From the IMG/VR virus record IMGVR_UViG_3300035663_000001, positions 32,001-96,000 of that record: DNA of 64,000 nt; one strand, written 5' to 3'. The number at the start of each line of letters is the position of its first letter. The first letter of the stretch is position 1. Position numbers and translations under genes: made by a program. Shown in pieces: positions 8,588-18,473 of this stretch. Origin of the DNA: a virus. Below the pieces are notes generated by a model. It was not told the origin of the DNA. It made no database searches and saw only the letters and a list, made by a program, of their open reading frames with translations.

Positions 8588-8770
8588 ATGTTATCTTCTG
8601 ACAAGATTGATCTGCTCAAGAGAGGGTCTGTCTTGGTGTGGGTGGATGAGTTTTTGTGTTCTTTGGGAGCTTATCCAGTCAGCGAGAGTGACTGGGAAGT
8701 GGCCTATGATTTATTGGTCGAGCAATATGGATCAACGTGTTTGAATGTTCCAACCCAGACGCCAGGCTAA
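8588..8770 (+). CDS. Hypothetical protein
   Basis: Fills the gap between neighbours. Confidence 0.5.
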   Translation: MLSSDKIDLLKRGSVLVWVDEFLCSLGAYPVSESDWEVAYDLLVEQYGSTCLNVPTQTPG

Positions 8771-8772
8771 TC

Positions 8773-10224
8773 ATGACAACTAACTGTTTAAACGCTGCTG
8801 CTCCAACTCAACCAGAGATGACCATAAATAAAGATGGTCATAAGTACTGGACCATGAATTTCCAATTTCATCGAGAAGATGGTCCAGCCATAGAATTGAC
8901 TGATGGCACTAAATATTGGTATCTTCATAATAAATTTCATCGAGAAGATGGTCCAGCCATAGAGTGGGCTGATGGAAGTAAAGAATGGTATCTTCATGAT
9001 CAACGCCATCGAGAAGATGGTCCGGCAGTAGAATATGCTAATGGAGATAAATGGTGGTACCTTCATGGTAAAGAATACACTGAGACTGAGTGGAAGAAGA
9101 AAGTCGCGGCCATGAAGAAAGCTTCATCTACCTCTGTGTCTTCCTCGAAGTCTGACTCTACTCAACCCGTGATGGAAGTAGATGTTAATGGAACTAAGAG
9201 CTGGAAGTTTAATGGCCGACTTCATCGAGAAGGTGGTCCAGCATTAGAATATACTGATGGAACTAAAGAGTGGTGGCTTCATGGTCAACGACATCGAGAA
9301 GATGGTCCGGCCATAGAATTTATTTCTGGAAATAAAAGGTGGTATCTACAAGATATCTTTTATACTGAGGCTGAGTGGAAGAGGGAAGTAGCTGCCATGA
9401 AAAAGAAAACTGCCTCTACTCCTACTACTAAGGTTGACTCTACTCAACCGGTGATGGAAGTAGGCAAATGCCGACATGATACTAAAGAATGGAAGCTGCA
9501 TGGCAAACGACATCGAGAAGATGGTCCAGCAGTAGAATGGCCTGATGGATATAAAGAGTGGTGGCTTCATGGAAAGCTCCATCGAGAAGATGGCCCAGCA
9601 ATAGAGTATGCAGAGGGCAATAAATGGTGGTGTCGTCATGGTAAACTCCATCGAGAGGATGGGCCAGCATTAGAGTATATTGATGGACGTAAATATTGGT
9701 ATCTTCATGGTACTAAATATAGTGAGGCTGATTGGCAGAAAGAAGTAAACAAGATGAAAAGGACTGAGATGTTGGCCCAATCAACCTCGGTCAGTGACCA
9801 TCTTAAATCAGATTTGTCTCAAGGGACTTTTCGAGTCGCCGCTAAGACTATTCCCAAAACCGCTCGCACCGCTTTGCTCGCCTTCTTGAAGGCTAAGAAA
9901 GTGAAGAAGAGTTGGCTCATTTCGGCCGAAGAGATGATGTCCACCGAGTGGGGTTTAGCCTTTATTCAACAGGTGTTAGCCTGGAGTTTTAGGTCTCTGC
10001 CTCAACTGAAGGAAGACCCGAGAGCCACAGCTTTAGCTAATGAATGGGCGATTGATAGTGTGGCAGTGATGGGAAATGAAGTCATTCAAGAGTTGACCGC
10101 GTTGTTAACTCCGATGATGACTCAGGTGATGGAATTACCTACTTCTCAGATTCGGATTCAGACTACTGATTCTGAAGCGATGGAGATGGAAGAATCAAGT
10201 CAGCAACCACGGGCTTACGTTTAG
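8773..10224 (+). CDS. HREDGPA-repeat protein, long class
   Basis: Three repeat modules plus shared C-terminal domain. Confidence 0.9.
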   Translation: MTTNCLNAAAPTQPEMTINKDGHKYWTMNFQFHREDGPAIELTDGTKYWYLHNKFHREDGPAIEWADGSKEWYLHDQRHREDGPAVEYANGDKWWYLHGKEYTETEWKKKVAAMKKASSTSVSSSKSDSTQPVMEVDVNGTKSWKFNGRLHREGGPALEYTDGTKEWWLHGQRHREDGPAIEFISGNKRWYLQDIFYTEAEWKREVAAMKKKTASTPTTKVDSTQPVMEVGKCRHDTKEWKLHGKRHREDGPAVEWPDGYKEWWLHGKLHREDGPAIEYAEGNKWWCRHGKLHREDGPALEYIDGRKYWYLHGTKYSEADWQKEVNKMKRTEMLAQSTSVSDHLKSDLSQGTFRVAAKTIPKTARTALLAFLKAKKVKKSWLISAEEMMSTEWGLAFIQQVLAWSFRSLPQLKEDPRATALANEWAIDSVAVMGNEVIQELTALLTPMMTQVMELPTSQIRIQTTDSEAMEMEESSQQPRAYV

Positions 10225-10232
10225 AGGTAAAT

Positions 10233-10466
10233 ATGGAAGCAACTAAGTTACGTTTGAGTGAGACTCATCCTTTGCGCTTGAAGTTTGAGGAACTGTGTGC
10301 TAAAGCAGAAGAGTTAGGCATCACTCTCAGTCAGTTACGAGATGGAATGATGGTCTCAGATGGACAGATGTCGGTGTTAGTGTGTGATTTAGAAGATCCT
10401 GAAAACAATCGTTTGACAGATTTTCCTCCAGGTTTTGAATTCAAACTGATCGTTTTGAAGGAGTAA
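10233..10466 (+). CDS. Hypothetical protein
   Basis: SD GAGGT. Confidence 0.65.
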   Translation: MEATKLRLSETHPLRLKFEELCAKAEELGITLSQLRDGMMVSDGQMSVLVCDLEDPENNRLTDFPPGFEFKLIVLKE

Positions 10467-10626
10467 AGCTTCCATGAAATGGAGTTGGTGTTTTTTTGTT
10501 CTTGTCGGGATGTTTGGTGTCTACTTTGCGACCTACACCGGAACACATGGTAGAAGGCTGTGTGTTTCCGACTCGCAAAGGAAGTCAGGATCTCACCTAT
10601 TTGTGTGAGCGTTTGGAAAACCAGCC

Positions 10627-11022
10627 GTGAATGACACTACTAAGTTACTAACTTTGTTGGAAGAGAAGTTTTTCTCTCTTCAATCAGAGGTTGAATTTCA
10701 GCAAATGATGGTTGTGTTGGGACATTACATGAGTCAGACCGAAATGTCTGACTTATTGTCAGTCTCTCAGAGGCCAATTCTTCATTGGCAAGAAGGAAAG
10801 TCCTCTCCTGATCCGTTGATCTATCGAATAGTGTATGGGAAGGTAGTTGAATATATTCTTGAAGGGATGAATCGAGAGCAATCACAGGTTTATTTTCAAG
10901 ATAGGAGTTTGAGTGCTCCGGTTCAGTTTGAGACTTGGTGTCATTCTACCTGTCATGATTATTGTCATGAGTCGGAGTGTAATCGTGAATGCGGTCATAC
11001 TTGTCGTGAAGGAAAGTATTAA
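10627..11022 (+). CDS. Possible XRE-type HTH protein with Cys/His-rich tail
   Basis: MSQTEMSDLLSVSQRPILHWQEGKSSP resembles an XRE HTH; tail CHxxCHxxCHxxxCxxxCxHxC. Confidence 0.55.
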   Translation: MNDTTKLLTLLEEKFFSLQSEVEFQQMMVVLGHYMSQTEMSDLLSVSQRPILHWQEGKSSPDPLIYRIVYGKVVEYILEGMNREQSQVYFQDRSLSAPVQFETWCHSTCHDYCHESECNRECGHTCREGKY

Positions 11023-11024
11023 AG

Positions 11025-11420
11025 ATGAGTCGAGAGCAAGATTATTCCGCGCCTTCGGGAACCAAGTATCCTTGGAACCCTAAGTCTTTGAATTATTCAC
11101 CTTGGGTGTGTCAGCTATCAGATCACTTAGCAGCTAAGAAGAAACTATCGGCTGTACGTATCATACCGATGAATATTACGTTAACTGTTAATTTGTCGGA
11201 AGGCGTGTTTCACTGGGAGATGAGGGTTCGTGATTGGTGCGGAGAAGTAACTGATCGCACTGGAAATCAAATATCTGCCTTGAAGGCATGTTTAGAGGCT
11301 GAGAAAGTGGGAGAGAAAGCTTTCCGTAAATTAACTCCGGAATGGGTATTACTCGCTTTGGCTCATGGATGGGGACCGCCAGTTAGGCATACCGTTAGTG
11401 GCATCAGAATTCCTTTTTAA
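11025..11420 (+). CDS. Hypothetical protein
   Basis: ORF in operon context. Confidence 0.6.
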   Translation: MSREQDYSAPSGTKYPWNPKSLNYSPWVCQLSDHLAAKKKLSAVRIIPMNITLTVNLSEGVFHWEMRVRDWCGEVTDRTGNQISALKACLEAEKVGEKAFRKLTPEWVLLALAHGWGPPVRHTVSGIRIPF

Positions 11421-11433
11421 TTAGGAAATTAAC

Positions 11434-11643
11434 ATGATCATGTTTCGTTTACCAGTGGTACATATTCCAATTGATCTTGAAGATCAAGACAAGTGCCTTT
11501 CAAAATGTCAATTCTTAAAAGAAATCAAATCTAAAGGCCAAGACACAGAGTACGAATGTGGATATTATGGACCACTCACTAGATTGATGGTCCATCCTAA
11601 GAGACATCGGCTTTGCTTATTGCAAGCCACTCCTGCGGAGTAA
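11434..11643 (+). CDS. Small Cys-containing hypothetical protein
   Basis: AGGA upstream. Confidence 0.55.
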   Translation: MIMFRLPVVHIPIDLEDQDKCLSKCQFLKEIKSKGQDTEYECGYYGPLTRLMVHPKRHRLCLLQATPAE

Positions 11644-11832
11644 TGGATGAAAAAATATCAGTTTCCTGAAGGAACATATACTATCCAAGATTGGATCAGT
11701 CGATATGCAGATTCCGTAGAATCTTATGTCAAACCCGCGACATTTAATAAGCGGCATTTTAACCAGTTAAATGGTGAACATCTCATCCATTGATTATCAA
11801 TGGGCACTTGCTCAAGGAATTCAGATTCGATC

Positions 11833-12021
11833 ATGAATCGATTAGCAATTTGTGAAGCCTATTATGTGTATGCCAGTCTATACCATACTGGGCAATGGTC
11901 GAAGCCATATCGCATTTTTGCTCGATTGAATCGAATCGGATTCCGGCCCAGATTGAATTTGTCGGAAGCCTCTTTATGTGAGGATGGCCGCGAGTGTTTA
12001 AGGAAATTACTTAATGACTAA
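11833..12021 (+). CDS. Hypothetical protein
   Basis: ICEAYY...YHxGQWS motif; overlaps next start. Confidence 0.6.
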   Translation: MNRLAICEAYYVYASLYHTGQWSKPYRIFARLNRIGFRPRLNLSEASLCEDGRECLRKLLND

Positions 12022-12994
12022 GTCATATCGTGCATATCGTGTTAAACTCTTTACCACTCATAAAGAGTGGCATTGGAATGGTCTCTTACATCGAGAAGAT
12101 GGCTCAGCGGTAGAATATGTTGATGGAAGTAAATCATGGTGTATTCATGGTAAATTACATCGAGAAGGTGGGCCTGCCATAGAATGGCCTAATGGATCTA
12201 AAGAATGGTATCTTCATGGCAAATGTCATCGAGAAGATGGTCCCGCTGTAGAATTGGTTAGTGGGTATAAAGAGTGGTGGCTTCGAGATCAAAAATACAC
12301 TCAAGAAGAATGGAAAGAAAAAGTTCAAGCTATGAATAAGATTAATTCTGACACTAACACTCAGTTACCTGTTGCCTCACTTCCCGTAATGGAAGTAGAT
12401 AAAGATGGAACTAAGCGATGGAAGTTGAATGGCCAACTCCATCGAGAAGATGGTCCCGCCGTCATACTTGATGATGGTTCTCAATATTGGTATCTTCACG
12501 ATAAACTACATCGAGAAGATGGTCCCGCCTCAATGGAAAATCCTAACGGAGATAAGGAGTGGTGGATTCATGGTAAACTCCATCGAGAAGATGGTCCAGC
12601 AAGAGAATTTACTGATGGAACTCAAGAATGGTATCGTCATGGTCAACGTCATCGAGAAGATGGTCCAGCTATAGTTACTCGTTTTGGAACCAAATCCTGG
12701 TTTCTTGATGGCCAGTTGCTTTCGGAAGAAGAATGGCAAAAGAAAATCTCTGCTATGAAAACAAACAAACCAGATATGACTCAGCTAGGTGCTGTTGTTA
12801 ATCGACAGGAAGTATGGAAAAAATTTGAAACTGCTGATATTTTCAGTGATGAAGAATTAAACCTCTTACTTCAAGAGGTCGAAGCGGCTCTGCCTTATTT
12901 AGAGCATCGAATGCCGCACACTTCCTTGGCTACTATTGATGCTTGGAGAACTTTAGATCGGTTGCGTGATATTAAACGTGCCCGTCAACTGTAG
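12014..12994 (+). CDS. HREDGPA-repeat protein with a distinct C-terminal domain
   Basis: Seven repeats in two modules. Confidence 0.9.
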   Translation: MTKSYRAYRVKLFTTHKEWHWNGLLHREDGSAVEYVDGSKSWCIHGKLHREGGPAIEWPNGSKEWYLHGKCHREDGPAVELVSGYKEWWLRDQKYTQEEWKEKVQAMNKINSDTNTQLPVASLPVMEVDKDGTKRWKLNGQLHREDGPAVILDDGSQYWYLHDKLHREDGPASMENPNGDKEWWIHGKLHREDGPAREFTDGTQEWYRHGQRHREDGPAIVTRFGTKSWFLDGQLLSEEEWQKKISAMKTNKPDMTQLGAVVNRQEVWKKFETADIFSDEELNLLLQEVEAALPYLEHRMPHTSLATIDAWRTLDRLRDIKRARQL

Positions 12995-13001
12995 GTAAAC
13001 T

Positions 13002-13250
13002 ATGTTAGTCCGTAGATTTAGCACTAATACTCTAGGCATTCCTAGTACATTAGTGTTACATGGCATTGAGTGGGGATATTTTACTCACCAAGGCCAATTA
13101 GCTTTGGGATGGAAGAATATCGCCATTCATTGGGAGCCTGTTCACAAGACTTATGTGATCAAGGTTCGTGGAGAGATTAAGTTTGAATCGGAGACCATGT
13201 CCAAATGTTTGGATTGGATTCCGGAACTAATGGAGGAAATTCGTGGGTGA
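13002..13250 (+). CDS. Hypothetical protein
   Basis: AGGT upstream. Confidence 0.6.
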   Translation: MLVRRFSTNTLGIPSTLVLHGIEWGYFTHQGQLALGWKNIAIHWEPVHKTYVIKVRGEIKFESETMSKCLDWIPELMEEIRG

Positions 13251-13428
13251 GAAGGTTAAGCCGCGTCACTTGGTTCGCAATCATCTAGTTAAGGATATGT
13301 TTCTTAATCAAGGTCGCAAAGCTGGCCCGATGAGAGATCGTCGAGAGAAACGACTTAAAAGTCATCGCAATTTGAAGGCAGAAGATTTTGAAGATGATTT
13401 TCCGGAGGAAGTAGATGACTTATCCTAG
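13243..13428 (+). CDS. Small basic hypothetical protein
   Basis: GGAGG then GTG start. Confidence 0.6.
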   Translation: MGEKVKPRHLVRNHLVKDMFLNQGRKAGPMRDRREKRLKSHRNLKAEDFEDDFPEEVDDLS

Positions 13429-13786
13429 CCACCCTCAATACTTAGAGTATTTAGAGTTTTGGTCAGATCCATGTTGGACTACCTCTCAGGTAGAAAACTA
13501 TACTGATCAGGATGGCACTACCCATTGGAAGTTAAATGGCCAATATCATCGAGAAGATGGTCCGGCTATGGTTATTGAAGATGGAACGCAATTTTGGTTC
13601 CGATACGGCCAATTGCATCGGTTAGATGGTCCGGCAGTTTTGTGGCCAGAGGGATCATATGAATACCATGTATATGGTCAATTACATCGAGAGGATGGCC
13701 CTGCTGCGTGGTATCAAACTGCCGAAGGTCATGTCTTTTGTGAAGAATATTATGAGTATGGTGAATTAGAGCACAAAGCAGTATAA
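13415..13786 (+). CDS. HREDGPA-repeat protein (short)
   Basis: Three repeats; GGAGG upstream. Confidence 0.85.
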   Translation: MTYPSHPQYLEYLEFWSDPCWTTSQVENYTDQDGTTHWKLNGQYHREDGPAMVIEDGTQFWFRYGQLHRLDGPAVLWPEGSYEYHVYGQLHREDGPAAWYQTAEGHVFCEEYYEYGELEHKAV

Positions 13787-13832
13787 GATATATCATCTTG
13801 GGGATCCAAATTTTCTGGGCGCCAGATAAAAC

Positions 13833-14855
13833 ATGAAAAAAACAACGACCAAAAAATCCTCTATCAAAAAGCCAGCGACTAAAAAGATTTCTTCTCTGAA
13901 GAAGAAGTTAGCTAATTCTACTCGTCCTGTGATGAAAGTAGATAAGGATGGCACCAAGATTTGGAAGCTGAATAACAAGTACCATAGAGAAGATGGTCCG
14001 GCTGTAGAGTGGGATAATGGAGATAAAGAATGGTATCGTCATGATAAATTACATCGAGAAGATGGTCCAGCCGTAGAGTGGGGTAATAGATATAAAGAAT
14101 GGTGGCTTAATGGTAAATTACATCGAAAAGATGGCCCGGCTCTAGAATTTTCTGATGGAACTAAATATTGGTACCTTGAAGGTATAGAATATTCCCAGGC
14201 AGATTGGATGAAAAAAGTCAAAGCTATGAAGAAGAAATCTACCTCTAAACTTTCTAATAAGAAAGTAGCTAATCATATTCAACCAGTGATGGAAGTAGAT
14301 GCCAATGGCAGTAAGTATTGGAGGATGAATGATCGTCTCCATCGAGAAGATGGCCCAGCAATAGAAGCTTATAATGGAGATAAAGAATGGTGGCTTGATG
14401 GTGAACGTCATCGAGACGATGGTCCAGCAATAGAATGGGCTGATGGAAGTAAAGAGTGGTGGATTCATGATCTTCTACATCGAGAAGATGGCCCAGCAGT
14501 AGAATTTGCTAGTGGAGATAAACAATGGTTCCTTGAAGATAAGGAATATTCTGAAAACGATTGGAAAAAGAAAGTCGCTGAGATGAAGAATAAAACCTCT
14601 TCTCAACCTTCCATTAAGAAGGCAGATAATAACGAGCAAAGTGAATTAATTTCCGCTTTACAAAATTCATTGGCTCATTATCGCCATCAAAGTGAGGAAT
14701 TGGCGAAAACTCTTTCTGTGTATAAAGAGCATTTACACTGCTATAAAACATTGCATACTCAGGCTATTGAAGTAATTGCGGAATTACGTTCGCAGATCGA
14801 AGCTTATCGTGAAAGAGATCGTACCAAAATCGATACATCCTTATCGAGATCATAA
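13833..14855 (+). CDS. HREDGPA-repeat protein with Lys-rich N-terminus and coiled-coil C-terminus
   Basis: Six repeats in two modules. Confidence 0.9.
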   Translation: MKKTTTKKSSIKKPATKKISSLKKKLANSTRPVMKVDKDGTKIWKLNNKYHREDGPAVEWDNGDKEWYRHDKLHREDGPAVEWGNRYKEWWLNGKLHRKDGPALEFSDGTKYWYLEGIEYSQADWMKKVKAMKKKSTSKLSNKKVANHIQPVMEVDANGSKYWRMNDRLHREDGPAIEAYNGDKEWWLDGERHRDDGPAIEWADGSKEWWIHDLLHREDGPAVEFASGDKQWFLEDKEYSENDWKKKVAEMKNKTSSQPSIKKADNNEQSELISALQNSLAHYRHQSEELAKTLSVYKEHLHCYKTLHTQAIEVIAELRSQIEAYRERDRTKIDTSLSRS

Positions 14856-14859
14856 GATT

Positions 14860-15177
14860 ATGGTTGTTCCAACCTTAAGTGGTTGGAATAAGTTTCGTCG
14901 AATTGTTTCTCGAACATTTCAGAAAATACAAATTTTCTATCATGGTACTTGGAAACATCGATACCAAAGATGTCCTTGGTGCCAAAAAGTATTTGATAAA
15001 TATCCTCGTGAGCGGGATCTCGATTTTACAAAAAACTTTATCTTCAATCAACATTGTTTTGATTGTCGTTTAAAGGCTGTAAATAATCCTACAAACATTG
15101 AGATGATTGAAGTTAATCAATCGTTAATACCTACAGTACGTGTTCCACATAAAGAAACTGTTACAGTACGCATGTAA
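14860..15177 (+). CDS. Hypothetical protein, possible Zn ribbon
   Basis: CPWC and CFDC pairs. Confidence 0.6.
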   Translation: MVVPTLSGWNKFRRIVSRTFQKIQIFYHGTWKHRYQRCPWCQKVFDKYPRERDLDFTKNFIFNQHCFDCRLKAVNNPTNIEMIEVNQSLIPTVRVPHKETVTVRM

Positions 15178-15178
15178 A

Positions 15179-15234
15179 GCACGAACCGTGCCACAGGGCG
15201 GCCCCAGCGACTAAATTTTTTCGCTGCCACCTAG
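15179..15234. promoter_or_regulatory. Repeated motif copy 1 with minus-strand sigma54-like site
   Basis: CCCAGCGACTAAATTTT at 15203, CCTAG at +27; reverse complement of 15179-15193 is TGGCACGGTTCGTGC. Confidence 0.7.
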
Positions 15235-15409
15235 TAGTGACTCCGACGTCAACGACTCGGAGGGCAATTAAACTTATAACTTAACATTAAACTTATAACT
15301 TATTACATGGAAGCTAGAATCCTTAAATATCTAGATAACTAGCAGATTCCACAATGTCGTGGGACTGGGATAGTGAGAGTTTCAATTTTTCAGGAGAATC
15401 AAAATAATT

Positions 15410-15829
15410 ATGTCGTCTTTTTCTATTAGTGTTCCGGTGATGTTTGACAATGACGGTCAGGTTGATGACCAGGCTACTCTGACTGGATTCCAGTCGACTC
15501 TAGCTCAGTATAAGGCTGAGCGAGAGACGGAGGAGGCTACTATTGCGGCCGAAGTCCATCGTGTGTTTGATCAGCATACTGGATATATTGGCATGCCATT
15601 CTTGGTTAACACCGCCGTGTCGGCTCTCAATCCTCAGAACGGCAATTTCGCCATCCTGAAGGCCAAGGTTGAGGCATATATTCATGACAACTCGGATCGG
15701 ATGCAGAAGAAGGATCGTCAGACTGGGAAGGTAACTCAGGAAGCTGAGCCGCCTCGCACTCGCACTTTTGGCATTCGTAAGGGTGCTGGTGGTGGAGTCT
15801 GCCGCTGGTCGGATATTCCTCAGAAGTGA
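15410..15829 (+). CDS. Hypothetical protein with winged-helix-like RKGAGGG wing
   Basis: SD AGGAG; motif shared with 41614 and 54043. Confidence 0.7.
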   Translation: MSSFSISVPVMFDNDGQVDDQATLTGFQSTLAQYKAERETEEATIAAEVHRVFDQHTGYIGMPFLVNTAVSALNPQNGNFAILKAKVEAYIHDNSDRMQKKDRQTGKVTQEAEPPRTRTFGIRKGAGGGVCRWSDIPQK

Positions 15830-15875
15830 GTGTTGAGGCAAGTTTAACTTGCCTCTTCAAAGAAGAGATTTAAAC

Positions 15876-16073
15876 ATGGATCCTAATCAAACTTTAACAG
15901 ATCTTCGTTCCAAAGCTTTTCGTTTGTTACGTGCTTCAGAACGGGCTCAAGCCAATGATCAGTCTCCTTCCTTTTCCGAGGAAGATGTTCTGGCCTTGGT
16001 AGAAGGAGTCATCGCATTGGATGAATGGCTGGTTAAGGGAGGCTTCTTGCCTCAAGATTGGAACCAGAAGTAA
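15876..16073 (+). CDS. Phage-type small protein (MDPN...LDEWLxKGGFLPxDW)
   Basis: ORF with characteristic motif. Confidence 0.7.
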   Translation: MDPNQTLTDLRSKAFRLLRASERAQANDQSPSFSEEDVLALVEGVIALDEWLVKGGFLPQDWNQK

Positions 16074-16202
16074 CAAGTTTTTCTCCAATATGGAGAAGAA
16101 GATGCTCCCAGTGACGGTTACCAAAACTGGGCTTGACCGCAGAGTAACGGCTAAGTGACCCCGATAGCTTAATGTTCGGGGGATATTGAATAGGCGATAA
16201 GT

Positions 16203-16751
16203 CTATTCAATCAATGGCTCCATGCCGGAATTGGCAGACGGAGCGGACTTAAAATCCGCCGCTCTTAACGAGCGTCCCGGTTCGACTCCGGGTGGAGCCA
16301 CTCTTTTTTTATTCTTGCCCCGATAAGTTGGCGTTAAGGCATGACAATTAGGGCATAGCATTCTCAAATTGCTCAAGGAATTATCTTGAGAATTGCCGTT
16401 GATATGATCCAATTCCAAGGGAATGGGCTGGTCTAGCCATTCTGTTCTTTGGCAATTGGAGCATTGATGCGGGAAAATTCCTTCTAACAACAGACGCCTT
16501 TTCAATTTATACGATTGAATTGTTTGTTGATTAGAGAGGTAATCATTTAATGATCGTTTTGATCCCAATGCTTGGTGTCGACTCCAAGCTTGACCGATTA
16601 GGTGAGAGGTATCGATGTGCCATTTTTTAATGGCTCGATTAAGGGATTGGTAATTGCCACCGGCGGGTACTAGTCCTAATTTTTGTAATACTTCTCTGCG
16701 AGAAGTGGAAGTTAGGATCGCTTGTCTTAGTTGTATTTCAGAATAAGCCAT
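16203..16751 (-). CDS. HNH endonuclease (free-standing, homing-type)
   Basis: CSNC...LELDHINGN...NLRMLCPNCH; 3' end overlaps tRNA-Leu antisense. Confidence 0.9.
   Translation of the reverse strand: MAYSEIQLRQAILTSTSRREVLQKLGLVPAGGNYQSLNRAIKKWHIDTSHLIGQAWSRHQALGSKRSLNDYLSNQQTIQSYKLKRRLLLEGIFPHQCSNCQRTEWLDQPIPLELDHINGNSQDNSLSNLRMLCPNCHALTPTYRGKNKKRVAPPGVEPGRSLRAADFKSAPSANSGMEPLIE
16216..16300 (+). tRNA. trnL: tRNA-Leu (anticodon UAA)
   Basis: Acceptor GGCTCCA/TGGAGCC, anticodon loop CTTAAAA, long variable arm, T loop TTCGACT. Confidence 0.95.
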
Positions 16752-16780
16752 TAACGATAATATATCTACTTAGGAAATAT

Positions 16781-17254
16781 ATGCAATATCAATCGATGGT
16801 TCAGAATTCTCCAGATTATTGGCAGCAGCAATTACCGACTTGGTTAGAGGTCAAGCGGAGCAAAAAGTTTGTGTCACCAGTCAAGTCCAATCCAATTCAG
16901 GGATCGGAAGATGTGGCGGCAGCTTTCTCTTTTTTAAGAGAGTTGTTGCATGAGGAGTTGCATGTCTTAGCTTTGACGGCGAGCAATCATATTTTGCATG
17001 CGACTAAGGTAGGGATGGGAGGTCCGGGAGGAGTTTCCTGTTATGCGGCGGATTTTTTCCGGATGCCATTAGTGGTGGGGGCTCGGGGAGTAATTGTGGT
17101 TCACAACCATCCCAGTGGTAATTCTCGACCTAGTCCGGAAGATATTTTTTTTACTCAGGAATTAATGAAGGTTGCGCATGTGCTAAAGATTACTTTATTA
17201 GATCATGTGGTAATTGGGGAAGATCATTCTTCTATTATTAATCTCATTTCTTGA
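16781..17254 (+). CDS. radC: RadC-like JAB domain protein
   Basis: HNHPSG...PSxED...LLDHVVIG. Confidence 0.9.
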   Translation: MQYQSMVQNSPDYWQQQLPTWLEVKRSKKFVSPVKSNPIQGSEDVAAAFSFLRELLHEELHVLALTASNHILHATKVGMGGPGGVSCYAADFFRMPLVVGARGVIVVHNHPSGNSRPSPEDIFFTQELMKVAHVLKITLLDHVVIGEDHSSIINLIS

Positions 17255-17260
17255 GGAAAA

Positions 17261-17479
17261 ATGCATCAATATAATATTGAAAATAGATTTGTTATTCAAG
17301 ACAATGGTGAAGATATTCTGAGCATTACTGATCATGATGATTACACTACCAGTATTAAGATTAATCATCCTGGAGCCTCTATTTCTTTACGGCTTGGTGA
17401 GAATGATCTTAAAAAGATTGTCACGAGATTAAATTCTCGAATTCAAGAGTTAGCGACTATTAAACAAAATAAAGGATAA
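17261..17479 (+). CDS. Hypothetical protein
   Basis: SD GAGG. Confidence 0.6.
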   Translation: MHQYNIENRFVIQDNGEDILSITDHDDYTTSIKINHPGASISLRLGENDLKKIVTRLNSRIQELATIKQNKG

Positions 17480-17593
17480 ATATATGTTATTAATGGTATT
17501 TTTTATGTTATTGGTGCTGGGTACGTTGGGTGGATTTTTGGCGGGACTCATGACTTCTTTTTTGGTGAAGAGGTATGTAAAGAGAATCTTTGC

Positions 17594-18067
17594 ATGACAC
17601 AGGAAAACAAATCTATTGCAACAATAAAAGAAGATCTATATGGTAAAATTTATAAACTCAATGGTCAATTCCATCGAGAAGATGGTCCGGCAATAGAAGA
17701 TTATAATGGAGATAAAGAGTGGTGGCTTAATGGTCAACGGCATCGAGAAAATGGTCCCGCTATAGAATATATTAATGGATATAAAGAATGGTTTATTCAT
17801 GGCAAAAGACATCGAGAAGATGGTCCAGCTATCGAATATTCTAATGGAACTAAATATTGGTATCTTCATGGCAAACGACATCGAGAAGATGGTCCAGCAG
17901 TAGAAGATACTACTGGCTATAAAGAATGGTGTCTGAATGGACGCCTTCATCGAGAAGGTGGCCCTGCCATAGAATATGATAATGGCGATAAAGAATGGTG
18001 GATTAATGGTCAACAATATTTAGAAGAAGAATATTGGCGAGTAGTTAAATTAAAAGCTTTATGGTAA
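17594..18067 (+). CDS. HREDGPA-repeat protein, KLKALW class
   Basis: Five repeats; ends EEEYWRVVKLKALW. Confidence 0.9.
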   Translation: MTQENKSIATIKEDLYGKIYKLNGQFHREDGPAIEDYNGDKEWWLNGQRHRENGPAIEYINGYKEWFIHGKRHREDGPAIEYSNGTKYWYLHGKRHREDGPAVEDTTGYKEWCLNGRLHREGGPAIEYDNGDKEWWINGQQYLEEEYWRVVKLKALW

Positions 18068-18071
18068 TCTA

Positions 18072-18470
18072 ATGGCAGACTATTTAATCTCATATTATGA
18101 TGATGAGAAGACATATTATCATCCAACCAAATTTTGTTACCATCGAACAGATGGCCCTGCTAAAGAATATGCTAATGGAGATAAAGAATGGTTTTTTCAT
18201 GGCAAACGACATCGAGAAGATGGTCCGGCGGTAGAGACTGCTTTAGGTAGTAAACATTGGTACTTAAATAATTATCTTCATCGAGAGCATGGTCCTGCCA
18301 TAGAATGGCAGACTGGAGATAAGGAATGGTGGCTTCATGGTCAACTTCATCGAGAAGATGGTCCGGCCAAAGAATATGCTGATGGATTGAAAGTATGGTA
18401 CCTTCAAGGTAAAAAATATACCGAAGAAGAACATTCGCGATTAGTCAAACTTAAATATTTTTGGAGATAA
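18072..18470 (+). CDS. HREDGPA-repeat protein, KLKALW class
   Basis: Four repeats; ends RLVKLKYFWR. Confidence 0.9.
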   Translation: MADYLISYYDDEKTYYHPTKFCYHRTDGPAKEYANGDKEWFFHGKRHREDGPAVETALGSKHWYLNNYLHREHGPAIEWQTGDKEWWLHGQLHREDGPAKEYADGLKVWYLQGKKYTEEEHSRLVKLKYFWR

Positions 18471-18473
18471 ATC

